Source: Podarcis pityusensis (lineage: Eukaryota). From it: a DNA stretch of 64,000 nucleotides. The notes below the pieces were generated by a model that saw nothing but the letters and a program-made list of their open reading frames with translations, was not told the DNA's origin and searched no databases. The stretch lies in assembly GCA_964106645.2 (NCBI GenBank), contig OZ067040.1. One strand, given 5' to 3'. Of the stretch, positions 12,414 through 25,059 are shown one piece after another; the first letter of the stretch is position 1, and each line of letters begins with the position of its first letter. A program made the translations under genes and the position numbers.

Positions 12414-15120
12414 CCCATCTAGCTGAGTACTCTGTGTGCTGATTGGTCGTGGCTCTCTTGGGTTCCAGACAGGAGCCTTTCTCTGTGCTAGGGTGCCTTC
12501 TCTATGGTTCTAGTAAAAGTATTGCCTGATTGTGGATTTTGGCATTTTGTTTATGAACCAGCACAGCTTCCTGTGCTTTTTGTGCATCCTGGGTTATATT
12601 CAGTTTGATGCTACTTTTTTCTTATTTCAGCAGTATCCATTATTCTGCAGCTATGAATCCATGCTGCTCTTCCCAAATCACCAAGGAAAAGGGACAGAGC
12701 TTTTACTAGGAGAAAAAACTGCCTATGTAGACTAACTGTTCACATAATTAGCTTAATATCAGAATCACCAGCCCAGCTAAGGTTTTCATTAATTAATCAC
12801 TTCTTCAAAATGAAATAAATGCGGTATTTCATGCCCGCAGCACGCCTTCACTGTTTCATTCTTTGCTGGCTTTTCATTTTTAAAAACCAAATTTCAGCTC
12901 TATGACTGAGTAGTAAATACAATAGTTAATTAGATGGTGGGCCTCAAGCATCACATTTGGCTGAATCCAAGGCACGTATTGATCTCGGTATGAGGCTCTT
13001 GTAAACAAAGCTGTTGAAGCGCTCTGAAGTGTTTACATGATGAACATTGCATAACAAGATTACCCTTCTGAAATTACAAAAATCTAAATCTGCATGAAAT
13101 AAAAATAAGTGACTGGAGTACCACTTACTCAGCCATAGACATATGCAGACAGTATATAACTAATCAATGCACTAGACCTGACTCAAGCTTAGAAATAATT
13201 CTCCCTTTAATGAAAATATGGCCAGAAAAATATTGAAGACGTGTCTATATGAACTTTCAAGTTTTCTATAATAAGCAGGGCTTCACTTATGGCTGTGCTG
13301 TGCGGGAAGCTTAGCTTTCATGATCTGCGGTGCTATCACAGCAAGACTTTGGGGCAGAAATTCTTGGTCCCACTCAGGAAAATAAACAGGAGGGACCCCA
13401 AATGCAGCAGTCTGGCTCCCCACATTTTGAAACAAATACACATTTCCATCTAAAAACCCTGAAGCCCAGAGTATAACATTACCTAACAGAACCACTGTTT
13501 GTGGTAGCCTTCTGGCTACTGGTCTTTTGGAAGGCTACCCAGAGAGGTGAAGGAGGGATGAATTGGCCCAAACTGGGGATGGGTAGAAGATGGGGCTTTG
13601 AAGTTTCATTAAGGTTTCTCCCCTTCTCCAAATAATTCCAGCCCTTGGGCTTTTTCTGTTCTTCTCTTCTCTATTGAAAGAAGAAATATTCCAGAGGTTC
13701 TCTCTCAGTTTCTGTAAGCTGATGGTAGAGATTCATGAGTTCTGGAGCTGGCAAATGTGGGAGATACAGAACCCACAGATCTGAGTGGTCCCTGTGAATA
13801 CAGGATGTTGAATGAGCTGGGCCATTTTGCCTGATCAAGCCAGTTCTTCTTCCACTCTCATGAGCACATTGCTAACACTTCTCTGCCTAGAACCCTCACA
13901 AGATTGCTTTACCCAGCTGCTCCCAGCTGCTTGGCTCATGTTCTTGACTTTGAATGAACTCAGAATTCTGTCAGGCGGTTTTCTTACCTCAGCCACTGAC
14001 AGTAGATTAAGGAGAATGATGGTGAAAAAGAGCACTATAGCCGGCTGGTATGTACCCAGCAAATTGAATTTACCTCAATTTTCCAAGCCAGGCACCCGGT
14101 TACTGTATCTTGGAGGTAAACTACAGACTATAGTTTGGAAACTGCCAACCAAGAAGGCACGGGTAATGTCAGTAAAGATGATCAAATGTGGCTAATGACC
14201 CTAATGCAGGCAATTGAAGCCTGCTGTGCTTTGGGCAGTCTTGCACTCCCAACAGCCAGTTAATTAAATGCCAACCCAGCCACTTAACTTTCAAATAACT
14301 GAAAATGCAGTTAAGTTCAGTACTGGGATCTCACGACCTTGTTAACAAACAACTTTGTTTCGGCAACACTTGGAAACTTGAGGGGAGAGACAAGCAAAGG
14401 CTTATATCACATAGTTCTTCACTTCAAAGTCAGCTTGGAAACCAAAGTGCAGGGAGGAAAATATGAGGTTCCCAGGGACTTTAGATCCAGCACCTAGCAT
14501 AGTGTCTGACCCAGGGGTGCTCTCTCTTTTATTTAAAATATGCAGACACCCTTCTAAGCTATTTCTGTCAATTAAGCCAGGCTGGCTATTTGACAAATAT
14601 TGCCCTGCATAAGAATACCTTTTATGTATCAAACTCTTGGTTCAATTGGTGAAATGGCACCCAGAAGATCACATGTAATATTTAGAGTTCAGAACACAAT
14701 CTTAGTCTCCTAGCTTTAATCAACACATTTATTTACTAAAAATATAAGATTGATCAATCATATGTAAAAAAATATAATTTAACAATTTAATAATCAAATA
14801 CGTTGAATTTCAGAGTGAGACATGCTACGTGATTACCTGACCCGAGAAGCAAGCCTTGAGTCTCTCTTAGAAGCAAACTCAGCTGATATCAAAAAGGCAA
14901 GCTTTTACACCCCATCTTTCGTTTGAAGAGAAAAATGTATGGGGCATATCTAAGGATGATTATAGCTTCCCAATCATCAGAGGGAAATATCTACTTCAGA
15001 GGAAGTGAAACTATCAATTTTACAGTGCATAAAGCCAAAATGACATAGTCAAAACACACTGGGCTCAATGGGAGGTGATATAGCCAAAGTCTTTTTTTCC
15101 TTTCTGCCCCCTTTTTATTT

Positions 15121-15868
15121 CATAGAATCATAGAATCATAGAGTTGGAAGAGACCACAAGGGCCATCGAGTCCAACCCCCTGCCAAGCAGGAAACACCAC
15201 CAGAGCACTCCTGACATATGGTTGTCAAGCCTCTGCTTAAAGACCTCCAAAGAAGGAGACTCCACCACACTCCTTGGCAGCAAATTCCACTGTCGAACAG
15301 CTCTTACTGTCAGGAAGTTCTTCCTAATGTTTAGGTGGAATCTTCTTTCTTGTAGTTTGGATCCATTGCTCCGTGTCCGCTTCTCTGGAGCAGCAGAAAA
15401 CAACCTTTCTCCCTCCTCTATGTGACATCCTTTTATATATTTGAACATGGCTATCATATCACCCCTTAACCTCCTCTTCTCCAGGCTAAACATGCCCAGC
15501 TCCCTTAGCCGTTCCTCATAAGGCATCGTTTCCAGGCCTTTGACCATTTTGGTTGCCCTCCTCTGGACACTTTCCAGTTTGTCAGTGTCCTTCTTGAACT
15601 GTGGTGCCCAGAACTGGACACAGTACTCCAGGTGAGGTCTGACCAGAGCAGAATACAGTGGCACTATTACTTCCCTTGATCTAGATGCTATACTCCTATT
15701 GATGCAGCCCAGAATTGCATTGGCTTTTTTAGCTGCCGCGTCACATTGTTGGCTCATGTCAAGTTTGTGGTCAACCAAGACTCCTAGATCCTTTTCACAT
15801 GTACTGCTCTCAAGCCAGGTGTCACCCATCTTGTATTTGTGCCTCTCATTTCTTTCTTTGCCAAGTGC
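15121..15868 (-). mobile_element. Young 5'-truncated CR1 LINE (ORF2 reverse transcriptase C-terminal region, uninterrupted)
   Basis: Translation [18 protein letters not shown]...[24 protein letters not shown]...[11 protein letters not shown] is diagnostic of CR1 ORF2; (ATTCTATG)n 3' tail at 15121-15142. Confidence 0.96.
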
Positions 15869-17061
15869 ATAAAGCTGAATGTGCACAAGTTTAAATGCAC
15901 ACGAGTTGTGAGTTACGAGTTGTGTGTAACTCTATCAAGTTTTAAGGTTGCACAAAAGAAGTACTTTGAGTTACAGGTTGTAAAAAGAAAAATGGCAAAC
16001 TAAAATAAGCAGGTGTTTAATCATCCTTTACTTTTCTATAAACCCAGTTGTTTGAAGTGGTCCTGAGCATACCAAGACTCGGAACTCAAAGATGTGAATT
16101 TCATTAAATCATGTTGTTCCTAAGGATATGGTTTTCCATTAGGTCACAGTGTTCCTTTCTGGTTAGTTAGATTTCAATTGCCAATTACTCTTTAAACATT
16201 ATTCATGGTCCACATGGCCTGTTTTCCAGCTTTGTGGAACTTGAGCCAACAGGAGAACATCTTAACTCTGATCTGAGACAAGCAGGGTTTTGTTTTTGTT
16301 TTAAATCATTAAATCTTCCAGATCATCTCTATTTTCAGCTCAAATTCAATCACATACCAGCAAATTCAGGTCACATAGGTAGATTTGACTGGGAGGTCTT
16401 GCAAAGAAACCAGCTTTTCCAACAGATCACACTTTCCTTTTTGTGATGATGAAAGTGGCAGGGAAAGCGTGGCTTGTATTGACCCAATGCCATCAAGCCC
16501 TCTCTGCAAGCAAATCAGGATGAATGCTCATTCAGTAGCCAATAACATCTAATCTCTCGGCAAAGAAATCAGGATGGCTGAACTGGTCACCTGAAAGCGC
16601 TCTTTCAGTTGTTATTGTTTTAACTGTTACATGTCTCATGGGTGACAAGAATGCCCTTACCTTCCACATTTTAAATATTCACTTCTGACTCCCTATACTT
16701 CCTGTGAGGTAAGTTGGGAGGTCATAAGATGCTGCAAACTTCCCTCTTTGCCAGCAAAGAGTGACACCTCCCCAATGTAGTGGAGGAAGTTCTGTTGCTG
16801 TTATTGTGCTCTCAGCAGTGGGATGGGTGGGTGGGAGGGAAATGGGGGGGGGGTGACTAGGAGGGGGGAGTTGAGGAAGGCTGCTGATTCACCTTCAAAA
16901 TGGGTCCAATGCTACACCAGCCTTGGAGATGCGGTAGTAAATTTTCTCCAGTCAGTCAATGGAAAGGGGGAAAGGTTAAATTGGGGGGAAATTCCACCCT
17001 CTTCTAGTATGGCCAGAGCAAGCTGGCAGACTTTAGAAAATGTCAATTCCTCTGCTATGAG

Positions 17062-17388
17062 CAGTGCCGGATTTACGTATAAACTAACCAAGCTATAGCT
17101 TAGGGCCCCACTCTCTTGGGCCGGGCCCCAAAAAATTGTAAAGGGGAAAAAAAACTGGATGCACATTTCCAAAATATAAGATAAAAAACAACTAAAATAA
17201 AACCTACATACAGCAACAGTGTTCTGTGTTGTGTAGGCTCCTATGATGCAAGTAATGGGCCCCACGTATAGCATATATTCAGCACAAAAAACAGCGACAA
17301 ATTGTTGTTGACAAAGGACAGCTGGACATATAAAGGGCCCTATTACCTTCAGTAGTTTAGGGCCTCATCCAACCTAAATGTGGCTCTG
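17062..17388. mobile_element. Non-autonomous hAT MITE (same family as 6277-6546)
   Basis: TIRs CAGTGCCGGATTTA / TAAATGTGGCTCTG; 8-bp TSD GCTATGAG / ACTATGAG; first ~200 bp closely similar to the 6277 copy. Confidence 0.88.
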
Positions 17389-20300
17389 ACTATGAGATAT
17401 CATCACCACTTTAGGATTGCTTGGCAATTTTTTGTGGCATCATCTACTGCTTCAGGCCCCTTCAGTTGTGGCACCCCTTTGGTGAAATTGTCTCCTCAAT
17501 ATGCCTGCTGCCTCCATTTTGATCCTTTACGAATCAAATGTAGACCTATTTTTGCTGGATTATGCAGCTTGTGCTGTTTTTTAAGCAGGAAATTGAATTG
17601 ATTAATGTTTAATGTTTTAATTAAGTTTTAATTATTTTTAGTTGCTTGCACTCTGTGTGAATCCCCGGAGGACATTGTTGATTGGGTGGTCAACAAAATA
17701 TTCTAAATAAGCCTAGTCATTTCCTTATAGGCAGTTCATTTACGTTTAATGAGAAAAATTAAACCACATTCCCAAGCATCAGACATTTTGAGGTTTCCTG
17801 AATCTTGAACCCAAAGCAACACAAAGTTATCTGTTTTTCTTCACACAAAAAAGTAACAACATATATTTTAGACATAAAAAGACTTATTTCCTGAAAGATA
17901 TATATTTTCAAAGTTTGTGCCATCCCTTAAAAAGTAATACTTTTGTCTCAATATTTTCTCAGTTGGAGATATTTATATATTCATATATAAATCAAACACA
18001 CACTCTCACACAACTTCTTTAAATAATGTGAAGAAATAAAGCAGGTATTAGATGCTAATTATCATCCATAGTATAAATAGATGTGGGAGCATACAGTGGC
18101 TGCTCTCATTTATTCTTATAATCACTCTGAATGGTGACAGGGGGAAGGGGACCCAACAAGAATATTGCAGATATCTGGCTGTTTCTCAAAGAACTTGAGT
18201 ATAACTCTGTTTTTACAATGGAAAATGCTAGTATGGTTTTGAGGTGTTCCAGGGAAGAAGCAGCACAAAGCACGAGGCATGTGGGAATAATTTGGTCTGG
18301 TTCTTGTCTGCCTGGCCTTGTGAGACTTCAGGGTGGAAGAACATAAACAGAATGATTGTTGGAGAGATATCTAAATATGAGAGAGCATTCAATATGCATC
18401 TCAGTGCATTGGTTGGATGCATTTATAAAGACTTTTTAAAACATCATGGTATGTCAGCTGTAGCCAGTTAAATCAGGGATTATTGCCCTAAGGTCTTGAT
18501 GCTGTCTTCCACAGGGAATTTGAAATTGCAATGATTATTAGTATCATCATTATTTATTAAATTTCTATACCGCCCTTCACCTAGGGATCTCAGGGCAATT
18601 TAAAATATAAAAACACAAAAATATATAATACTTTTTTTAAAAAAAGCAATAACACCCCCAACAGAATGTGAAATATATTAGGCTTATGGTGGAGAGTGAA
18701 AACAATTTTGGGGGGTGGGAGGTCCAGTGGATGTGTGCCTCATGTTCAGGATCTGACTGATCACCATTCTGGGGGTGGAGGAGGAAAACAATTTCTTCTC
18801 ATAATTTCTCTCTCTTCCCTGGGAAGAGAGAGAAGACAGTTCCCAGGATTCTTTGGGGGAAGCCATGACTGTTTATAGTGGTATGATACTGCTTTAAATG
18901 TATGGTATGGCCTAAAGAAACTAGAACACTGTGGTTTTGCGTGTGTCAAGTGAACTGCATATGTGGGGCATGTCTCGGAGGGTGATTATTCATCCTTGCA
19001 TCAGTAGTGGACTAGATCAGACAGGCTTGCACAATTTGCAGCCCACCAAGTCGATTATAGCTTACCAGCCATGCTTGGAATGGGAAAAATTGGGGCACTT
19101 GGCACATTACATGAATGGAGGCTGTATTTAATGGGGCATGACATGCAGCCTGGAATCGATGGTTTTTGATCCTTTCCATCTCTATTATCCTATTGTGCTG
19201 GTGCTTGTAGACAGACAAGGGAGTTGCCATGGTATCATCTTCAGCGCTGCTTGGGCATTCATCCCAATAACAAAGGGAGAAGACTCAGCAGTGAGGCTAT
19301 TCAAACTCCAGACAGGAAATTCAGTGTTGCTGGATGTTGTTTTGATGCTAGTTCCTCCCCAGTGTAATGCGTGGAATATCCTGTTATGCTGTAATTTATA
19401 TTTCCACATAATAACAGCAATCTGCCTAGAATTTGCAGTTAAAAGGATAAATTCATCGCAACTAGGCCTATCTCTTTGAAGTCAATACAAGTAGAGGAGT
19501 ATTTGTATCATCTGCCATTTTCCTTCTTCCTATCTGCTTAGCTAAAGGCACGGTTTCCACTTTCCATAATATGTTTACTTCATATCAGACATGGCCTATC
19601 ATTTAAACATGTGGGATAACTTTCATGTGGCTGGAGAGATTAAGTGTTTGATCCAAATTTAGTGGCACAGAGCTCAGCCCAAATCACATTACTTTCTGAG
19701 TGAGATGAACCAAACTGCCAAAATAGAGGTGAATGAAAAGTGTAAAAAGTCTGAGAATGTCTCAACCATAATACGCTGAGTGCAAAATAAACCTGAGCAG
19801 CATTTCGAGACTTGCTTTGTGTGAAGGGAATCCTGGCGCTGTCAAAAAGCATCAGCATCATGGGGACATGGTGCTGAAAATACACATCAAATAAAAAAAT
19901 TCCCAACATTTGGGTTGGAAGCATCTGCTGACCTAGGGGTGGAAAGCTGGTGGTCCTACATATGTTGCTGGACTATAGCTTCCCTCATACTTGACCACTG
20001 GCCATGCTGGTTGGGGCTTATGGAATTGGAGTCCATCCTCCCTGTTTTAAAGGAGGAATACATTATTTTTGAACCTGGAGGTTCCACTTTGCTATGATTG
20101 CTGTCAATCAACTGATCCTGCATAAATGCACCTAATTCCTTCTTTAAAGTTGTGTGCATCCCATGTGAGATACTCTTGTCGGTCTTTCCTATGTCTACAC
20201 AGAAGTGGCAAGTGGGGAGGGGTGGTTCCAGGGAACGGAATCTCCTGGCTGCTGTAATGGAGGCGAATTTTCCCTGGCGGCAGATGACAGAACCACGAGA

Positions 20301-22953
20301 CCGATGTAAAATACTCAAACAAGAGTTTTATTATGACTATACAAACAACAAACACAAAGCATGTGGGTGTTCTCTTTCTGCAGGCAGTTGCAAACTGCAA
20401 CTTCTCTCTTTATACACATCACCAGCTCTGCCTAATTAGCCAAGAAAACCCACACCCAGAACATGTCCTTAAAGTTATCTGCACTCTTTCCCTGTTTTGT
20501 GACGAGTGATACCTAACATGCTGCAGAGTGGGACCGTTAGTTGCTGAGGTTAGTGTGGCTGTAAGGTTGGGGGAATGTGGGTGTGCTGGCATAAGTGCAG
20601 GATTTGCTCTCTTGGTGTGCCTGAACTGCGCTACTCCCAGACTGTCTCCATACACCACTGCCTGGAGACAAGGGGGTCTCTAGCACCTCACCCCACCAGT
20701 GACCAGCCACTCCTGTGCCCACCATGATAAATCCAAATAAAGTGTGTGTCAACGCAAAGAGCAGGTTCACCAAAATAAAGTGTACCGGGTGCCTTCCTTC
20801 TGCCACATCAACAGCTGCCTCGTGCAGTGTTCTTCATTATAATGTCTAAGCTGTCCTTCATCCGGAAAGGGTTTCAGGGCGGCATACACAAATCAACAAG
20901 GCAATGGCATTAAAAGGGGTGTGTCCGTTCAAACAGCTTAGAATATCACCATCAAAAGTGCTTGTGCAAATAAATAGGTGATAACCTGGCACTGAAAAGG
21001 ATACAGTGTTGGTGCCAAGCGTGCCTCCTTCAAGAGGGTATTCCACAGTCAGGGACACTACAGAGAGAAAGTAGAAAAGTACTTTCTCTTTTCTATCTAA
21101 TGATGGAACATGGGGAAGGGCCTCCTTCGATTTTTGTTCTGGTACTCTGAAACAAATATGAGAGTGAGAGTAGGATTGAATGGGCAGCTGCCAGCCACAA
21201 TTCCAGCATCAAAGGGGGTATGACAAGGTTGTTTATTAGCTCCCTTTTTATTTAATATGCGCACAGGTCTCACTGTCTGAACACAATGCATTGGGTGAGC
21301 GTTCACATAACAAGCCAACAATTTCTGTTGGTTCCTATTGGAAAATTTCTAATGCACTCCTGCACATGGAATTTTGACCCCAAAATGATAGAAAAACCCA
21401 GGGAAACCCTCTGAGACCATGCAAAAAGCTATTAAGGAAGGGGAAAAAATGCTGTTTTGTCTCTCCCCTCCCCCCATCTTACCATGGCTTCTGGCGAAAC
21501 GGCACCCTTTTAGGAGGCAGCAGGAAAACTCAATGTTGTGCGCAAATTGACTCTGCTGTGTCACAGCCCACAATTTTTCACAGCACTCTATACACTTGGC
21601 ATATACACTCTACACTTCTGAGCTTTAGTTCACAAAGCTCAGGGAAGAAACAGCTGACTGTCAAGAGAACTCACTTAGCCTGCGGTTCCCTCCAGTCATT
21701 AGATAGCTTAATAGGTTTGACCAACTTGCCTTGATGGACACTAAATGGCTCTGCCACTCCCATTGGCCTCACTCATATTGATAATCAATTGCTTTCTTGC
21801 TTTTTTGTCGTGTGTCAAGTTTAGTCCTGATTTGTTTGACAAGCTCATTGAGTCCTGCTTTCAATTTTCTCTGATTTATTTATTTTCCCTTTTCCCTGCT
21901 TGGACTCCCGAGAGACTCTTTGGGGGGTAGCCGTGTGATTTAAATGTAAGATGTGAATGTGCCCATGGTTGGCTGGCTAGTATTCTCGACAAGATCAGAC
22001 TTTGGGCAGATCTAGCAGGGTTCTTATTATTATAGCATGACCTGCTGAAAATGCACATTGTTCTCTCTCCCACTTTATTCTTTCAGCAAAGCACAAACCA
22101 AGACAAAGCAGGTCACTCCCGCCCATTTCCAAAACTCAGCAAGGAGATTATATTTCCAGAAATGGATTCCTCTGCTTGATGTGCATTGCATTACTGCTGA
22201 TTTTTCTGAAACTGTTATGTACTTCCATATGCCCCAGGCATTAAAAATGTCAAGGATTATAAAATTAAGTCTAATCTCAGTTGCCTATTCACCTTCTTTA
22301 GCCATAAGAATGTTCCCAGAGATACTTTACTGCATTTTTGTTCTACTTTGCATATATTTCTTATGTGCATTCCATGAACCTCCTTTTCAAATAGGCCCAT
22401 GAGCCCATTTTTTTATGCAGGCATTACTATTTTATCTTCCAGAAAATGCCATCCTTCCATATTGGCCCCGGACAAGCAATAATAGTTTCCTCCAGCTTTC
22501 CAATTCCAATTTGACCTAAGACAATGTTAATGTCACAACATTGTTCCTGTTCTGGCAATTAACTTGAGAAATGTGCTGCTCTAGTACTAAACCAGGAATA
22601 TAATTAATAAATGTGATCTATGACATTTCATTTTTAAGTCTGGGATTGAAGAGAGGGTTCTCGTTTTTTATGAACACTCATAAATTGAAAGTTGACGAAG
22701 TTTCCTATAAGTCAGGCTGATTTCCAAAGTGTGAGTGTTTGTGTGTGAGAGTACGGTTGACTTGCTGACTGATTTGTGAGACTCAGAATGATGAACCTTA
22801 AATATTTCCCTTTTTTAATACTTGAAAAATTCTGTGTTTGTCAGCTGCTTGCTGGTGGGCACCTGGCTCATAACCACCACACAGATAGCTGCAGTTTGTG
22901 CATCTCAGTGCAAGTGGTATAAAAGCAAAACCCTTATTTCATTACATGTGCAA

Positions 22954-22997
22954 ATCCATCCATCCATCCATCCATCCATCCATCCATCCATCCATCC
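22954..22997. repeat. (ATCC)n microsatellite
   Basis: About 11 perfect units. Confidence 0.95.
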
Positions 22998-23150
22998 CTT
23001 ACAGACTCCAGAGATTAGCTGACCACAAGTAAGGAGACAGCATGAACAGGATTTTCTTGCTCATACAATGCCTTAAGAGGTCGTGAATCTCAGAAACGGT
23101 TAGATTAGAACTAGGAGATGTTATTCACATGCCCTAGGGCAGAGATAAAT

Positions 23151-24787
23151 TAAATTAAATAAGCAGGGAGACAATATACAGCCTTGTCATACTCCTTTCC
23201 CAATTTTGAACCAATCAGTTGTTCCATATCCAGTTCTAACTGTAGCTTCTTGTCCCGCAAGATTTCTCAGGAGACAGATGAGGTGATCAGGCACTACCAT
23301 TTCTTTAAGAACTTGCCATAGTTTGCTGTGGTCGACACAGTCAAAGGCTTTTGCATAGTCAATGAAGCAGAAGTAGATGTCTTTCTGGAACTCTCTAGCT
23401 TTCTCCATAATCCAGTGCATGCTTGCAATTTGGTCTCTGGTTCCTCTGCCCCTTCGAAATCCAGCTTGCACTTCTGAGAGTTCTCAGTCCACATACTGCT
23501 TAAGCCTGCCTTGTAGAATTTTAAGCATAACCTTGCTAGTGTGTGAAATGAGTGCAATTGTGCGGTAGTTGGAGCATTCTTTGGCACTGCCCTTCTTTGG
23601 GATTGGGATGTAGACTGATCTCCAATCCTCTGGCCACTGCTGACTTTTCCAAACTTGCTGGCATATTGAGTGTAGCACCTTGACAGCATCATCTTTTAAA
23701 ATTTTAAGTAGTTCAGCTGGAATATCATCACTTCCACTGGCCTTGTTATTAGCAGTGCTTTCTAAGGCCCATTTGACTTCACTCTCCAGGATGTTTGGCT
23801 CAAGGTCAGCAACCACACTACCTGGGGTGTACGAGACATCCAATTCTTTCTGGTATAATTCCTCTGTGTACTCTTGCCACCTCTTCTTGATGTCTTCTGC
23901 TTCTGTTAGGTCCTTATCACTTTTGTCCTTTACTATGGTAATCTTTGTACAAAATGTTCCTTTCATATCTCCAATTTTCTTGAACAGATCTCTGGTTTTC
24001 CCCATTCTATTGTTTCCCTCTATTTCTTTGCATTGTTCGTTTAAGAAGGCCTTCTTGTCTCTCCTTGCTATTTTTTGGAAATCTGCATTCAATTTCCTGT
24101 ATCTTTCATTATCTCCCTCACATTTTGCTTCCCTTCTCTCCCCCGCTATTTGTAAGGCCTCGTTGGACAGCCACTTTGCTTTCTTGCATTTCCTTTTCAT
24201 TGGGATGCTTTTCGTTGCTGCCTCCTGTATAATGTTATGAGCCTCCACCCACAGTTCTTCAGGCACTCTGTCCACCAAATCTAAATCCTTGAACCTGTTC
24301 CTCACTTCCACAATTCATAAGGGATTTGATTTAGATTGTATCTTACTGGCCCAGTGGTTTTTCCTACTTTCTTCAGTTTAAGCTTGAATTTTGCTATAAG
24401 AAGCTGATGATCTGAGCCACAGTCAGCTCCAGGTCTTGTTTTTGCTGACTGTATAGAGCTTCTCCATCTTTGGCTGCAGAGAATATAATCAATCTGATTT
24501 CGATGCTGCCCATCTGGTGACGTCCATATGTAGAGTTGTCTCTTGTGTTGTTGGAAAAGAGTGTTTGTGATGACCAGCTTGTTCTCTTGGCAGAACTCTA
24601 TTAGCCTTTGCCCTGCTTTGTTTTGAACTCCAAGGCCAAACTTGCCAGTTTATCTCTTGACTCCCTACTTTAGCATTCCAATCCCCTATAATGAGAAGAA
24701 CATCCTTCTTTGGTGTCATTTCTATAAGGTGTTGTAAGTCTTCATAGAATTGGTCAATTTCAGTTTCTTCAGCACCAGTAGTTGGTG
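23151..24787 (-). mobile_element. RTE-BovB LINE, inverted internal segment (endonuclease through RT), frameshifted
   Basis: Peptides APTTGAEETEIDQFYEDLQ...IIGDWNAKVG (EN), NYRTIALISH, QAGFRRGRGTRDQI, FIDYAKAFDCVDH, WFKIGKGV (RT); several frameshifts and stops; no 3' tail on this strand. Confidence 0.95.
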
Positions 24788-25059
24788 GAAGGACAGATCC
24801 TGAAGCTGAGGCTCCAGTACTTTTGGTCACCTCATGAGAAGAGAAGACTCCCTGGAGAAGACCCTGATGTTGGGAAAGATTGAGGGCACAAGGAGAAGGG
24901 GACGGCAGAGGACAAGATGGTTGGACAGTGTTCTCAAAGCTACCAACACGAGTTTGAACAAACTGCGGGAGGCAGTGGAAGACAGAAGTGCCTGGTGTGC
25001 TCTGGTCCATGGGGTCACGAAGAGTCGGATACGACTAAACGACTAAACAACAACAACAA
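24786..25059 (+). mobile_element. RTE-BovB LINE 3' end (sense segment of the same insertion)
   Basis: MRREDSLEKTLMLGKIEGTRRRGRQRTRWLD...VHGVTKSRIRLND*, terminal GAGTCGGATACGACT hairpin and (CAA)n tail. Confidence 0.95.

Noticed and set aside
13981-14062. Hydrophobic minus-strand ORF or 8-nt microexon (13995-13988)
   Set aside because: No recognisable protein match, not frame-preserving, and compatible with chance splice-like signals.
15128-15886. 252-aa ORF as a host gene
   Set aside because: It is the CR1 ORF2 C-terminus. The start lies in flanking DNA, and the tail reads into the 3' UTR, probably through a lost stop codon.
16820-16870. G-quadruplex-capable runs (also 1688-1723)
   Set aside because: Common low-complexity sequence with no supporting context.
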